Under the pieces are notes generated by a model. That model saw nothing but the letters and a program-made list of their open reading frames with translations. It had not been told where the DNA came from and searched no databases. From Burkholderiales bacterium (GTDB taxonomy: Bacteria > Pseudomonadota > Gammaproteobacteria > Burkholderiales > Burkholderiaceae_C), in NCBI GenBank assembly GCA_038237415.1, contig JBBRYR010000008.1:25852-89851 (forward strand): a stretch of 64,000 nt of DNA. Direction: 5' to 3'. Both the position numbers and the translations under genes were made by a program. Shown here in pieces: positions 1-9,649 of this stretch (the first letter of the stretch is position 1; each line of letters opens with the position of its first letter).

Positions 1-592
1 ACTGAATAAGCCCGGTGGGATGAATGCTCCACCCAATCAGACCCGACAAACCCATCAGCACGCCAAAACCCGACGGAACCAAAGCCAGCGCATACAGCCA
101 CGGCAGTTGCGTCAGTGACGCTACTGCCAGTAGCGAGATGGCAATCGCGATCAGCGCATCCGACAAATCAAACTGGTCATCACGAAAATTAAGTGCATCG
201 TAGGTGGCCTGGTCTTTTTCCGCCTGCGTTTTCAATTCATCCTTCTTCTGGCTCTGGTCTTTGGCCAGTGCTTCATAAATAGCGATCTGTTCCCGGTAGG
301 CTGACTCCATCCCGGGTGGCGCTGCCACAGACTGCAACCGCAATTGCGCCAAAGATGACTTGGCAATTTCTTCGCGGATATTACGTGCCTGATAGAACTG
401 CCAGTGGTCCAGCTTGTCCGCCTGTGCCTGCTGCATGGCCTGCACAATGTTGTCGTCCTTGACCTTGCAGATTCCCATGAAGGTCGCCAACAAGGCGACC
501 GTGATCGCCACGGCAGGATTGAGCCAACTTGACTTGCCGCGTCCCGCTTCCGCCCTGGCCGACTCCACCATCTCTAACGTATCAATTTCCAT
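1..592 (-). CDS. DUF4337-like membrane protein (3' end runs off the window)
   Basis: Hand-translated open frame from ATG at 592: MEIDTLEMVESARAEAGRGKSSWLNPAVAITVALLATFMGICKVKDDNIVQAMQQAQADKLDHWQFYQARNIREE... N-terminal TM, coiled middle, C-terminal TM pair; no stop before position 1, so it is absent from the ORF track. Confidence 0.75.
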   Translation of the reverse strand, partial: MEIDTLEMVESARAEAGRGKSSWLNPAVAITVALLATFMGICKVKDDNIVQAMQQAQADKLDHWQFYQARNIREEIAKSSLAQLRLQSVAAPPGMESAYREQIAIYEALAKDQSQKKDELKTQAEKDQATYDALNFRDDQFDLSDALIAIAISLLAVASLTQLPWLYALALVPSGFGVLMGLSGLIGWSIHPTGLIQ

Positions 593-724
593 TTGTAGAC
601 TCCCGCCAGTTTCTGGCACGTAACACATTGATACACAGTGCCGTCAACGGCGCTGCAACCCGCCTCGTTGTAGAAGCACCTCCGAATAATCGGAGCAGAC
701 AAAGCAACCTACAAGGCAATTGAA

Positions 725-949
725 ATGAACAAAGTTCTCGCTACCCTGATCGCTGGCCTGTTTGCTGTTGGCGCGTTTGCGCAAGCACCTGCTGCTCCTG
801 CCGCACCTGCTGCTCCGGTCAAAGCTGCTGCTCCTGCGGTTGCACCGGTAGCCGCGCCTGCAAAGGTTGAGGTCAAGGCCGAGGTCAAGAAAGTGAAAAA
901 AGTGAAGCCGGCCAAGAAGGTTGAAATGAAAGAAGCCGCCAAGAAGTAA
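725..949 (+). CDS. Small secreted Ala/Pro/Lys-rich protein (74 aa)
   Basis: Sec-type signal MNKVLATLIAGLFAVGAFA, then PAAPAAP repeats and a KKVKKVK tail; followed by a terminator. Confidence 0.8.
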   Translation: MNKVLATLIAGLFAVGAFAQAPAAPAAPAAPVKAAAPAVAPVAAPAKVEVKAEVKKVKKVKPAKKVEMKEAAKK

Positions 950-966
950 TTCTTGATGCGCCCCAC

Positions 967-991
967 AAAAAGCCCGCTCTGCGGGCTTTTT
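967..991. terminator. Bidirectional intrinsic terminator
   Basis: AAAAAGCCCGC-TCT-GCGGGCTTTTT hairpin between convergent genes ending at 949 and 1011. Confidence 0.9.
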
Positions 992-1010
992 GCTTGGGCA
1001 GCAGCCCGTG

Positions 1011-1430
1011 TCACGGTTGGCGCTCGCAGGTGCGCTCGATCTGGCTTCCATCGAGCAGGCGAATGCTCTTGGAATCGTCGTACACAATTTCAGTTGGCGG
1101 CATAAAGCCCAGCGTCCCAACCTGGCTGGGCGACCCTGACCACACAATTTTTCCGTTCAACAATTCACCGGTCATCGCTACCGAATCCGAGCGCAGTTCA
1201 ACCACGTCCATTCCATGGCGAAACCGCATCGCAAACGGTTGTCCAATGCCTTTGCATTCATACGTTATGAGCTGGGTGGGCTGCGGCAAAAATCCTTTGT
1301 TTCGAACAGACTTCACCACGATGAAGCCAATCACACTGATCACGACCACAGCGATGGCGGTAATGACGACGGCCGGGATGATCGCGCCGCTCGTCACCAG
1401 CTTTTTCACATCAAATTTTTTGGGATTCAT
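1011..1430 (-). CDS. Membrane-anchored hypothetical protein (139 aa)
   Basis: One N-terminal TM segment and a small beta-rich domain bracketed by two Cys (TYEC ... RTC). Confidence 0.7.
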   Translation of the reverse strand: MNPKKFDVKKLVTSGAIIPAVVITAIAVVVISVIGFIVVKSVRNKGFLPQPTQLITYECKGIGQPFAMRFRHGMDVVELRSDSVAMTGELLNGKIVWSGSPSQVGTLGFMPPTEIVYDDSKSIRLLDGSQIERTCERQP

Positions 1431-1466
1431 AAAAGAGTCAACTGTTGAAAGTTATGCATGAGACGC

Positions 1467-2744
1467 CTAGAAACTGGTTGCCAGCATGACGACGACGGCA
1501 ACCGCCATGACCGCTGTGGCAGTCCAGCCAAAGAACCGATGGCGCGCCGTGATGGTGTGCTGTCCCATCAACCGCTCTGACTGCCCAATCCACATGAGTG
1601 CCGCCATGATCGGCACGGAGATAACGCCATTCACAATCGCGCTCCACACCAGCGCCTTGATCGGGTCCAGTTCCAGATAGCCCATAACGGTGCCGATGCC
1701 AGTCGCCGCTACGATGATGAGGTAGAAACCCTTGGCCTCACGAAACCCATGTGAGAGCCCCGCCTTCCAGCCATAGAGCTCACTCACGGCATAGGCCGCA
1801 GAGCCTGCCAACACGGGCACCGCCAGCAGGCCGGTCCCGATAATTCCCAGCGCAAATACCAAAAATGCAAACTCACCCGCCACCGGCCTGAGCGCCTCCG
1901 CTGCTTGCGACGAGGTCTGAATGGTGGTGATGCCCTGCAGATTCAGAGTCACCGCGGTGGCCACGACGATGCACAGCGCAATCACGTTGGAAAACGTCAT
2001 TCCCACAATCGTGTCCTGCTTGATGCGGGACAAATGCTCTGCCGCATATTCCGGGTGCTCCCGCAGAGACTGCGCCTCGGGCCTGCGGTTGTTGTCTTCC
2101 ACCTCTTGGGAGGCTTGCCAGAAAAACAGGTACGGGCTGATGGTGGTGCCCAACACGGCGACCACCATGGCGGCGTAGTCCTTCAGTGAGGCATCCTTGG
2201 GAAAGAATGACCAGGGGTGAAGTGACTCCGAAATAGCCTGGCGCCAAGGCACCTGCACCGTCAGGATGACGGCCACGTAGGCAAACAGACCCAGGGTCAG
2301 CCATTTAAGTATGCGCACCGTGCGCTCGTAGGAGAAGAAAACCTGCGTTGCGATGCACAGCACGCCAAAACCCACGACGTAAAGCGACAGTGGCCCACCA
2401 ATCAGCAGGCGAACGGCCTCGCCCATGGCGCCGATGTCGGCGGCAATATTGATGGTGTTGGCAATCACCAGCAATGCCACCAGGGTGGTGGTCAACCAGC
2501 GTGGACACATTTTGTTGATGTTGGCGGCCAAACCCTCGCCGGTAACCCACCCGATGCGGGCGGACAGCATCTGGATACCGATCATCAGCGGCGTCGTGAT
2601 CAGCAACGTCCAGACCAGCGCAAAGCGGAATTGCGAGCCGGCCTGAGAATAAGTGGCAATGCCGCTTGGGTCGTCGTCGGCTGCACCGGTGATGAGGCCT
2701 GGCCCGAGACGCCGGACGAAATTTTTTGCGGTTTGAGTCACCAT
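1467..2744 (-). CDS. NRAMP-family divalent metal cation transporter
   Basis: LGPGLITGAADDDPSGIATYSQAG in TM1, GTTISPYLFFWQ in TM6, about 11 TMs; start moved to MVTQTAK at 2744. Confidence 0.9.
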   Translation of the reverse strand: MVTQTAKNFVRRLGPGLITGAADDDPSGIATYSQAGSQFRFALVWTLLITTPLMIGIQMLSARIGWVTGEGLAANINKMCPRWLTTTLVALLVIANTINIAADIGAMGEAVRLLIGGPLSLYVVGFGVLCIATQVFFSYERTVRILKWLTLGLFAYVAVILTVQVPWRQAISESLHPWSFFPKDASLKDYAAMVVAVLGTTISPYLFFWQASQEVEDNNRRPEAQSLREHPEYAAEHLSRIKQDTIVGMTFSNVIALCIVVATAVTLNLQGITTIQTSSQAAEALRPVAGEFAFLVFALGIIGTGLLAVPVLAGSAAYAVSELYGWKAGLSHGFREAKGFYLIIVAATGIGTVMGYLELDPIKALVWSAIVNGVISVPIMAALMWIGQSERLMGQHTITARHRFFGWTATAVMAVAVVVMLATSF

Positions 2745-3070
2745 GGTAAATCCCCTGTTCCAACGCACATGGAAGCGTCGGCAATGGCGCCCATTGGAGC
2801 GCCTCTTTTGAGAAGCCTGGGATGGAACGGAACTTCAGGGCAATAGCCCATGGGGTTCGCGTTGTCTGCCAGGCACGTTGGGCATAAGCCTCCGTGCCGA
2901 GTCAGACAAGCGGTCGCGACAGTGCCGTCTACGCGCAAATCAGACTAACCGGAGGCCAGGAACTTTCTGAGTCCATTGAATCGGCCGGTAGTTGAGATGG
3001 GTTGGATTGTAGGGAAGGACGCCCCAGTCTGAAAACCGTTTTGTGTAAATTACGGGTAAAGACCCATGCA

Positions 3071-3241
3071 ATGAGCGAAACCCAGGACCCCAATCCACGC
3101 AAGGAAATCACACCCCGGTTCGGGCGGCTGCTGTTGGTCTGCGGAGCCGCAGTGATTTTTTGTGGACTACTGGTCTGGCTAATGGGGGACCGGTTTTCTG
3201 AATGCTGCGATCTGTCCTGGCTTGGCCGATTCATTCACTGA
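3071..3241 (+). CDS. Small single-TM hypothetical protein (56 aa)
   Basis: MSETQDPNPRKEITPRFGRLLLVCGAAVIFCGLLVWLMG...; fills the gap between the NRAMP and DUF2059 genes. Confidence 0.5.
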   Translation: MSETQDPNPRKEITPRFGRLLLVCGAAVIFCGLLVWLMGDRFSECCDLSWLGRFIH

Positions 3242-3265
3242 TTTTTTGGCAAGCGCCCGCGCTGG

Positions 3266-3814
3266 TTACGGCGCCACTACCGCAGCGCGCAATTTCAAGC
3301 CAATGTCCTTGGTGAGAATCTGAATCTTGGGATCAATGGCCTCACGGCTGGTTTCCACCACTTTTTCACCAAACGCGCGTTCGAATTGCGGGACCAGGGA
3401 CTCAAATTTCTTTTTCACGGGCGACTCAAACAGCGCAACGAGTGCGCGCAGTTCCTCTTCGCTGAAGTTTTTCATCAGCAAGGGGCCCACGGTGGGTCCC
3501 TTTAGACGCAAGGCTTCTGCACGCACAAGGGGAGTCGCTTCATTGATGTATTTCTGGACATCCGGAACAATGGCCTTGAGTGTGGCCTCCTGCTTCTCCG
3601 CATTGACACGCCCTTGCAGGGCAACCCGTGCCTGCAACAACGCATCAGTTGCAGGCCTTTGCGCCATGGTGATAGCAGCATCTTCGATGTGCCACAGCGC
3701 AAGGACTCGCTGCACCAGGGCTTGTTTTGCATCGTCCGAGCTTTGGGCATGTACCAGGTTGGTAGCCACCAACGCAAGGAATACCAGCGCACAGGATTGA
3801 AGTGTTTTTTTCAT
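3266..3814 (-). CDS. DUF2059-like secreted helical protein, last gene of the fil-like operon
   Basis: Signal peptide MKKTLQSCALVFLALVATNLVHA; KNFSEEELRALVALFESPVKKKF motif typical of DUF2059; 13 nt from the upstream gene. Confidence 0.8.
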   Translation of the reverse strand: MKKTLQSCALVFLALVATNLVHAQSSDDAKQALVQRVLALWHIEDAAITMAQRPATDALLQARVALQGRVNAEKQEATLKAIVPDVQKYINEATPLVRAEALRLKGPTVGPLLMKNFSEEELRALVALFESPVKKKFESLVPQFERAFGEKVVETSREAIDPKIQILTKDIGLKLRAAVVAP

Positions 3815-3827
3815 CGTTTGGAAGGGT

Positions 3828-5456
3828 CTAAAAAGCCTGGGTGAACTGGATGCCGAAATAGCGAATGCGGATGCCCCCGGAAACATCCAGCCCGGCATAG
3901 GGGTTGTAAATGGCGTTGAGAAAACCGCTGCAATTCATATTGCAGCTGCTATCGGCGGGAACACTGAAGTTGCCCTCGGCATAGCTGGCAGTTGCGTCAA
4001 TGCGTAGCCCCTTGCGCGTCACGTAGCCCAGCCCAAGACTTTTCACGGCCAGGTCCGGCAAAGGCGCGATCAGATCCATGGCCGAGCCCGGAATGGAACT
4101 GGGGCGTTGCTCATAACCCGCGCGAAGGGTCAGTGCATCGGTCAACTGCAACTGCAGCCCCACGCCATAGGAAATGGTGTTGCGATAGCCACGCTTGAGG
4201 GTCAGCTTGCTCGGATCCTCCAGGCCAAACATGCGCGCCATCATCAGCATGTTGATGTTCTGGTCAAACTGCATGGTCAGCTTGTCCCACTTCTCCCAAT
4301 TGCTCCATCCCGCGTCCAGATTGATCTGGACACGTTTGACGGGCTTGATCTTGACGCCAACCTGCACATGTTCCACAAAAGGCAATTTCATGGTCATGTG
4401 GCCCGACTGTTCCGCGGGAATGGAGGTTGGCAGTCCCACAATCGACGCCGCAATAGGCCCGAACAGACTGGCATACATGCCCTGCACAAAATTGTTGAGC
4501 ATGGGTTCGGCGCGAAACGTATAGCGCCCGGTGAGCACGGTATCCGAGCCACCCTGGTACACGGCCCCCACAGCAAAACTCTCATTGGGCTCCCACAACA
4601 CGCCCAGATTGATCGTGGGATCCATGGGTGCCGTGGCTTCGAAGCTCGCCGAGGCGATTTTATTGAATGGTCGAAGCCGCCCCTCCTGGCCGCCGCCGCA
4701 CAGGCCCAGAAAAAAAACATCGACTGCGTTCCCGCTGTCGCCACACCACGCATCCTGCAGCTTGCCCACAATGCCTAAGAACTTGTTAGGCATGCGCATG
4801 TCGGTATCCAGCGCAAACCCCTGGTGTGCAACAGGAATGCCCACGCCAAAACTCAAGGTATCCGTTGCCTTGTAGGCCACGGATGGCGACACGTACACCA
4901 GGCGCTGCATGATCACCTTGCGTCCGTCAAAGCGGGCTGGGTCGTCCTCGTCGGTACGATTGAACCCCACGCCCTGCGTCACGTAGGTGCCGGTGGCAAA
5001 CGTCCAGGGCGAGCCCGGATCGTTGACGCTAAAGGCAAGGCTACCTCCCACTGCGGCAGGCAGGGGCGCCTTTAATGGGCCGATACCAGGCAGATACACG
5101 GCGGCGCTGACATTGCCGGTGCTGGTACCGGCCACCGGATCGTCTTTAAAGCCACCGACATCAAAACCTTCGGGCGCTGTGAAATGGGCTGTGGGCGACA
5201 GGGATGCGCCGTACACCGAATTCGAGAACCATTTGCCTTTCATCCGGGTCAGGCCCGCCGGGTTGAAGTGAATGGCATCCAGCCCCGGCGGATCCGCCGT
5301 GACGGCATTGCCCAGCGACATGGCCACCACGCTGGTGCCCAGATTCTCGGAGAGCGCCGCATGAGAGCGATCGGAAAAGCCGCCCAGTGCCACCAGCACG
5401 GTGGCAGCAAAAGCCCCCCACCCTCGGGTCACTGCCCGACACTCATGGCGTTGCAT
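3828..5456 (-). CDS. OmpP1/FadL/TodX-family outer-membrane barrel (FilD-like)
   Basis: Signal peptide, then AMSLGNAVTADPPGLDAIHFNPAGLT (FadL N-terminal hatch motif); amphipathic beta strands; C-terminal Phe (QFTQAF). Confidence 0.85.
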   Translation of the reverse strand: MQRHECRAVTRGWGAFAATVLVALGGFSDRSHAALSENLGTSVVAMSLGNAVTADPPGLDAIHFNPAGLTRMKGKWFSNSVYGASLSPTAHFTAPEGFDVGGFKDDPVAGTSTGNVSAAVYLPGIGPLKAPLPAAVGGSLAFSVNDPGSPWTFATGTYVTQGVGFNRTDEDDPARFDGRKVIMQRLVYVSPSVAYKATDTLSFGVGIPVAHQGFALDTDMRMPNKFLGIVGKLQDAWCGDSGNAVDVFFLGLCGGGQEGRLRPFNKIASASFEATAPMDPTINLGVLWEPNESFAVGAVYQGGSDTVLTGRYTFRAEPMLNNFVQGMYASLFGPIAASIVGLPTSIPAEQSGHMTMKLPFVEHVQVGVKIKPVKRVQINLDAGWSNWEKWDKLTMQFDQNINMLMMARMFGLEDPSKLTLKRGYRNTISYGVGLQLQLTDALTLRAGYEQRPSSIPGSAMDLIAPLPDLAVKSLGLGYVTRKGLRIDATASYAEGNFSVPADSSCNMNCSGFLNAIYNPYAGLDVSGGIRIRYFGIQFTQAF

Positions 5457-5466
5457 CGCGATGAAT

Positions 5467-6525
5467 CTAGAAATTCAGCGGCATGTTCATGCCAAACGTG
5501 AAATCCGGGCTGTCTGAGGTAAGACCGATTCCTACCGAGAAGTTCACCGTGGTCAGCGGTGAGACGCGCACACCCAGCCCGAGATTCATCATTGCGGAGG
5601 TCTGGCTGGCCGTCTTGTTTTCCACCGCCTTCCCAGTTACATCGATGTACTTCAAACGCGTGCTGCCAGAGATGGATTCCTGAAAAGACAGCGTGGTGGT
5701 GATGTTGTAGGACATGGCATAGGCAAATCCAACACCAAACCCAACGGTCTGCCCAGGCGTCACCTCGTACAGGGTATTGCCATTGCTCTTCTGGTCCAGA
5801 TTCTTGGCGGGCAATCCAAACGTCACGTTGGCCGAGCCAAAGATGGCGACCGGATCAATCACCTTCGAAGCATTCAGCCCCAGCGTCGCGCTGGTGTAAC
5901 CGGCGCCTGTGGACAGGCCCTGTCCTTCAATCACCTCAAAGGGACTGCGGCCAGTGGGAAGCCGGACCGTCCCATTCACCGTGATGGACGGCAGGGTGCG
6001 GGACAACGGAAAAGGCTGCAGCCGCGCGCCGATGGAAACATCACCAAACCCGTTCACCACCTGGTCGTTGGTGTCAGACTGCGAAAACTTGCTGACGATT
6101 GGCACCGTCAGGTTGACGGTCAGATTGTCTTTGAGCCCGTAGTCCCCGGAGAAGGTGTTGGTCACCGTGTGTCCCCGCGTATTTTGAATGCTGAAGTTGG
6201 TCAACTTCGAATCCGCAAAATTTGCGTTGATCAGTTGCTGCCCGATGTAGGAATAGGTGAGGTCATAAGTGATCGCGCGCTTGCCCTCGCGCAATAGCGA
6301 ATACTGTTTATCCGTGGCGGACAAGGTTTCTTTCAGCACGGTGGCACTGTCCGCATCACCTTCCCGTTTGGCTAACGCATCCTTGGCTGCCTCGGTCGAT
6401 ACCGCCTGCGCAAACGCCGGTATCGAGGGCAACACAGTCAACGCGGAAAGGAGTGCCAGGGCACCCAGGGCAGACAGGCTCGCTCGGTGACGGTTCGTGG
6501 ATTGGATTTTCATGGGTACTTTCAT
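5467..6525 (-). CDS. Outer-membrane beta-barrel 'transporter' (FilC/FapF-like)
   Basis: Signal peptide, short helical segment, GFGDVSIGARLQP and LPTGRSPF motifs, C-terminal MNMPLNF. Confidence 0.8.
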   Translation of the reverse strand: MKVPMKIQSTNRHRASLSALGALALLSALTVLPSIPAFAQAVSTEAAKDALAKREGDADSATVLKETLSATDKQYSLLREGKRAITYDLTYSYIGQQLINANFADSKLTNFSIQNTRGHTVTNTFSGDYGLKDNLTVNLTVPIVSKFSQSDTNDQVVNGFGDVSIGARLQPFPLSRTLPSITVNGTVRLPTGRSPFEVIEGQGLSTGAGYTSATLGLNASKVIDPVAIFGSANVTFGLPAKNLDQKSNGNTLYEVTPGQTVGFGVGFAYAMSYNITTTLSFQESISGSTRLKYIDVTGKAVENKTASQTSAMMNLGLGVRVSPLTTVNFSVGIGLTSDSPDFTFGMNMPLNF

Positions 6526-6544
6526 ATAAATGGATGCATCACTG

Positions 6545-7312
6545 TTATTTGCGTAAGGAGAAATTTCCGAGGTTGGACATCACGGCGCGTTGCAGCGCTT
6601 CGGTGCGGTCGAGCTGGGGCAGCGTGGCATCTGCGCGAATCAGGTCACTGTCGATCACGCCCAGCTCGCGCTCGCCCAGAGCGAGCAGCGCCAGCGTGGT
6701 CGCGCCCTTGGGTGGATTCAGGAGGAACAGGGTGTTGCGATCCCAGAGACTGGTGAACTCCTCCACCGAAAAAACCACATGGCCCGCCGAGGGGTCTGCA
6801 ATGTAGATCCGCCCTCCGCGCGTGCCGCGATAGACCACAAAATGCTTGAACCCGGCGTAATCGATGGGCACGACGGCCGGGGTTTGCAACTCCATCAGGT
6901 CCGAGATCGTTCCCCGAAATCCGTTGGCCTCCACGCCCAGGGTGGCGACATAGCGCTTCATGTCCAGCAGCGAGAAGCCCCGGCGGGCCATGATCTTGTC
7001 GCGCTCCCCGTGCTCCAGCATGCCTTCCATCGCCTGCTGTTCTGTCACGGGGATACCAAGGTAATTGTTGATAACCGTGACCAGCGCAGCAGAGCCGCAG
7101 CTGTAGTCGTAAGTCTGGTGAACGATGTTGCGAAACTTGGCGACCGACTGGGGCTCAATACCCACCCGCTCAGGTGGTGTGCCACCACCGGCCAGCACCA
7201 TGGGCAATGCAAACTGATCAGCCGGTTGCTCTACGGGCGGCACTTGCGTGGCGGCCCCAAAGCCACTAATGCCAGTCGCAATCACCAGGTAAACAATGGG
7301 CCACATACTCAA
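6545..7312 (-). CDS. Stand-alone C39-family cysteine peptidase (FilB/FapD-like)
   Basis: QTYDYSCGSAAL (Cys), HFVVYRG (His), IADP (Asp); hydrophobic N-terminus; no ABC domain. Confidence 0.9.
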   Translation of the reverse strand: MSMWPIVYLVIATGISGFGAATQVPPVEQPADQFALPMVLAGGGTPPERVGIEPQSVAKFRNIVHQTYDYSCGSAALVTVINNYLGIPVTEQQAMEGMLEHGERDKIMARRGFSLLDMKRYVATLGVEANGFRGTISDLMELQTPAVVPIDYAGFKHFVVYRGTRGGRIYIADPSAGHVVFSVEEFTSLWDRNTLFLLNPPKGATTLALLALGERELGVIDSDLIRADATLPQLDRTEALQRAVMSNLGNFSLRK

Positions 7313-7329
7313 AGTCCTTTACCGACGCG

Positions 7330-7812
7330 CTACTTCGCCCACAGGTACAGGTGCCCTGTCTGGGTACCCACACCATTCAGCAGGACGCTGCCAAAATTCT
7401 GATCCGGCTGTACCGCCGCCTGGGCGTCGGTCTGCACACCGAACGACCGGAACCCAAACTGGTTCACCGCAACCACGCCCGGCAGGCCGATATCGATATA
7501 GCTCCCACCCGCAAGATCGGGACGGGGTGCCACGTCGATCGTCAGGCCCACCAGATCTATCACCCCCTTCAAACCTTGGGCCGTGGCATAGGTGGTCGTT
7601 CCGTTGACGTTGAAACTGTGCGTGAAGCTGGCTCCCAGGGCCTGGCTGCCCGCGTCCGACGTATTGACTTGCAGGTGCAGGACCATGCTGATGCCCTCTT
7701 GCCCCACCACCTCGGCAAGATCGTCATTGCTCAGCACGGCCGGCCCCGCCACCGCCGATGCGCCGCCCATACCCAGGACAAGACATGCCGCAATAAAGGA
7801 TCGAAACGTCAT
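7330..7812 (-). CDS. Secreted FilA/DUF6160-like subunit 4 (160 aa)
   Basis: Likely start MTFRSFIAAC (7812), 1 nt after the upstream stop; signal, then LSNDDLAEVVGQEGISMVLHL; C-terminus FGSVLLNG...HLYLWAK. Confidence 0.7.
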   Translation of the reverse strand: MTFRSFIAACLVLGMGGASAVAGPAVLSNDDLAEVVGQEGISMVLHLQVNTSDAGSQALGASFTHSFNVNGTTTYATAQGLKGVIDLVGLTIDVAPRPDLAGGSYIDIGLPGVVAVNQFGFRSFGVQTDAQAAVQPDQNFGSVLLNGVGTQTGHLYLWAK

Positions 7813-7813
7813 G

Positions 7814-8740
7814 TCAGGGCCCGGCCCGCAGCTTGATGTCGATGTACTGCAACTGCATGCTGGCAATGCGGCTGGCGCCCAGGTTGAGTGTCGAAGTCGG
7901 CAGCTGGGAAACGGGATCGGCATAGGTCGCCCGATCGTTCCTGAATGTGATGTTGTCCACCACCACTCTGGCAGCGGGTACTTCGGCGGCGGGGTCCACC
8001 GCCCAGCCAATGCCCAGGTGCAGGTAAGAGCGCCCGCCCTCCGTGATGGCATTGAAAATCCCCGGCTGTGTGGTGACATCCGCCAGCACCCAGGGAGACA
8101 CGCCGTCCGCCGCACTCACATGCACCCCACTCAGGCGCAACTCATGGCTGGCGTCTTCCCGCCCCCGCGGCCGCAGCACAAATGCGCCCAGATCGGCATG
8201 GATGGTCTTGCCAAAGACGACACCCTCCACCCCCGGCGTGGCAGGTGACGTCATGGAAAGCGTGCCACCGTAGCTCGTGAGGTCCTGCACCAGCACCGCT
8301 CCGCCCTGAAAGGTGCCGTCTGCGGTGCCCACGGTCCAGTCAGCGGCCCATTGCCACTTCAGGAGTCCGCTGGCATTGCGTGGCTCCGACAACTGAATCA
8401 CATCTGGCAGGCCTGGCCGGGCAACAATGGACAGGCTATAGGGGTCGGAAAACGTCGCCGCCGGATCGTCCGACCGCGACAGTGCAAGCTGGCTCAAACT
8501 AAAAGTTTGGGCCGGTACGTTCAGTGCGGTGGACTTGCCGACATAGGTCAGCGACAGGTCCCCGGAAAGGGAGTAGTTGCGCAGGTTGAATGCCACGCCC
8601 GCGCCACGCACGACGGAAAGCTCTGCGTCTTCCAGCAGCGTCAGCGCCGCGGCGGACATGGTTGCCAGGGCACACCCGGCCAGCACCATCCAGCGCGCCA
8701 GCAATACCCCGATCGACAAGGCACATGACCGCTGCGTCAT
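7814..8740 (-). CDS. Secreted FilA/DUF6160-like subunit 3 (308 aa)
   Basis: Signal, then LLEDAELSVVRGAGVAFNL; beta-rich; C-terminus LGASRIASMQLQYIDIKL. Confidence 0.65.
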   Translation of the reverse strand: MTQRSCALSIGVLLARWMVLAGCALATMSAAALTLLEDAELSVVRGAGVAFNLRNYSLSGDLSLTYVGKSTALNVPAQTFSLSQLALSRSDDPAATFSDPYSLSIVARPGLPDVIQLSEPRNASGLLKWQWAADWTVGTADGTFQGGAVLVQDLTSYGGTLSMTSPATPGVEGVVFGKTIHADLGAFVLRPRGREDASHELRLSGVHVSAADGVSPWVLADVTTQPGIFNAITEGGRSYLHLGIGWAVDPAAEVPAARVVVDNITFRNDRATYADPVSQLPTSTLNLGASRIASMQLQYIDIKLRAGP

Positions 8741-8745
8741 GGTGT

Positions 8746-9540
8746 TTACTTGGGCACAGCCAGATTGGAGGGCATGGCACCGACTACCCCGCTGACACGG
8801 TCACGCAAATTCAGCCAGAAGCCTGCTGCCGCTTGTTGCGAGGTCAGTCCGGCAATGGACGGATAGGTCACATTCTGGGACTGCACCGCCAGAAAAAAAT
8901 CACGCGTGGGCCCGCTGGCATCACCCAGTTTGAAGGTACCCACCGTTGGCAGCAAGCCCAGGCCGTTCGCGCGCTTGCCATCTGCCGACTCCATGGTGGC
9001 ACCGCTCATAGAATCAAAATTGACTACACCGCCTGCGGTCGAGATGTCCGCGCGCAATGAGCCACTGAGTGCGCGCACCTGGGTTCCCACCAAGCCCTGC
9101 AGACCCTCAAACCCCATGCGCATGCCCACCACCTCACGCGTGGCGGCAGTGGTACCTTGCTTGTAGACAAATTCGAAATAGGGGTTGGTGGCACGCACAT
9201 AGCGCGCACTCTCGCTATCCCCCAGCGCATAGCGACCCAACTGCAACGCCCCGATGTCCACATCAGCGCCCGCACCCAAACCGTTGGTGGGGCCATTGCG
9301 GGCTGCCGCATATTCCCCCAGCCGAATGTCCTTGAAGTTGGCGCTCAGGGTCACGTCTGCATTGAGCGTCATGCGCGTGAAGTCGTACCCCAGTGAACTG
9401 GTGTTGACGAGTTCGATCATGGCTTGACCCCATACCTGCGACAAATGTCCGTCGTCCAGCGCCATGCCCTGCGCGCGCGCGCCACTGGCGAACACCAGTG
9501 TGACAACAAGCCCTGCGACACGAATAGTCCAGTGGTGCAT
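8746..9540 (-). CDS. Secreted FilA/DUF6160-like subunit 2 (264 aa)
   Basis: Start MHHWTIRV (9540); signal, then MALDDGHLSQVWGQAMIEL...DFTRMTLNADV; GFWLNL near the C-terminus. Confidence 0.7.
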   Translation of the reverse strand: MHHWTIRVAGLVVTLVFASGARAQGMALDDGHLSQVWGQAMIELVNTSSLGYDFTRMTLNADVTLSANFKDIRLGEYAAARNGPTNGLGAGADVDIGALQLGRYALGDSESARYVRATNPYFEFVYKQGTTAATREVVGMRMGFEGLQGLVGTQVRALSGSLRADISTAGGVVNFDSMSGATMESADGKRANGLGLLPTVGTFKLGDASGPTRDFFLAVQSQNVTYPSIAGLTSQQAAAGFWLNLRDRVSGVVGAMPSNLAVPK

Positions 9541-9606
9541 GGTGATGGTTCCGAACGAATGCAAAAAAGATCCCGCAGCCCAAGCCACGAGATCCTGGCG
9601 CAATGC

Positions 9607-9639
9607 AAAAGCGATGCCTTTTACCTAAGAGGGCATCAC
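9607..9639 (-). terminator. Weak hairpin/terminator after subunit 1
   Basis: On the minus strand: GTGATGCC-13 nt-GGCATCGC-TTTT, about 10 nt after the stop at 9650. Confidence 0.5.
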
Positions 9640-9649
9640 CTCTGTCACG

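Noticed and set aside
2745-3070. yybP-ykoY (Mn2+) riboswitch upstream of the NRAMP gene
   Set aside because: I could not find the conserved GGGGAGUAG-type core on the minus strand; an Rfam scan would be needed.
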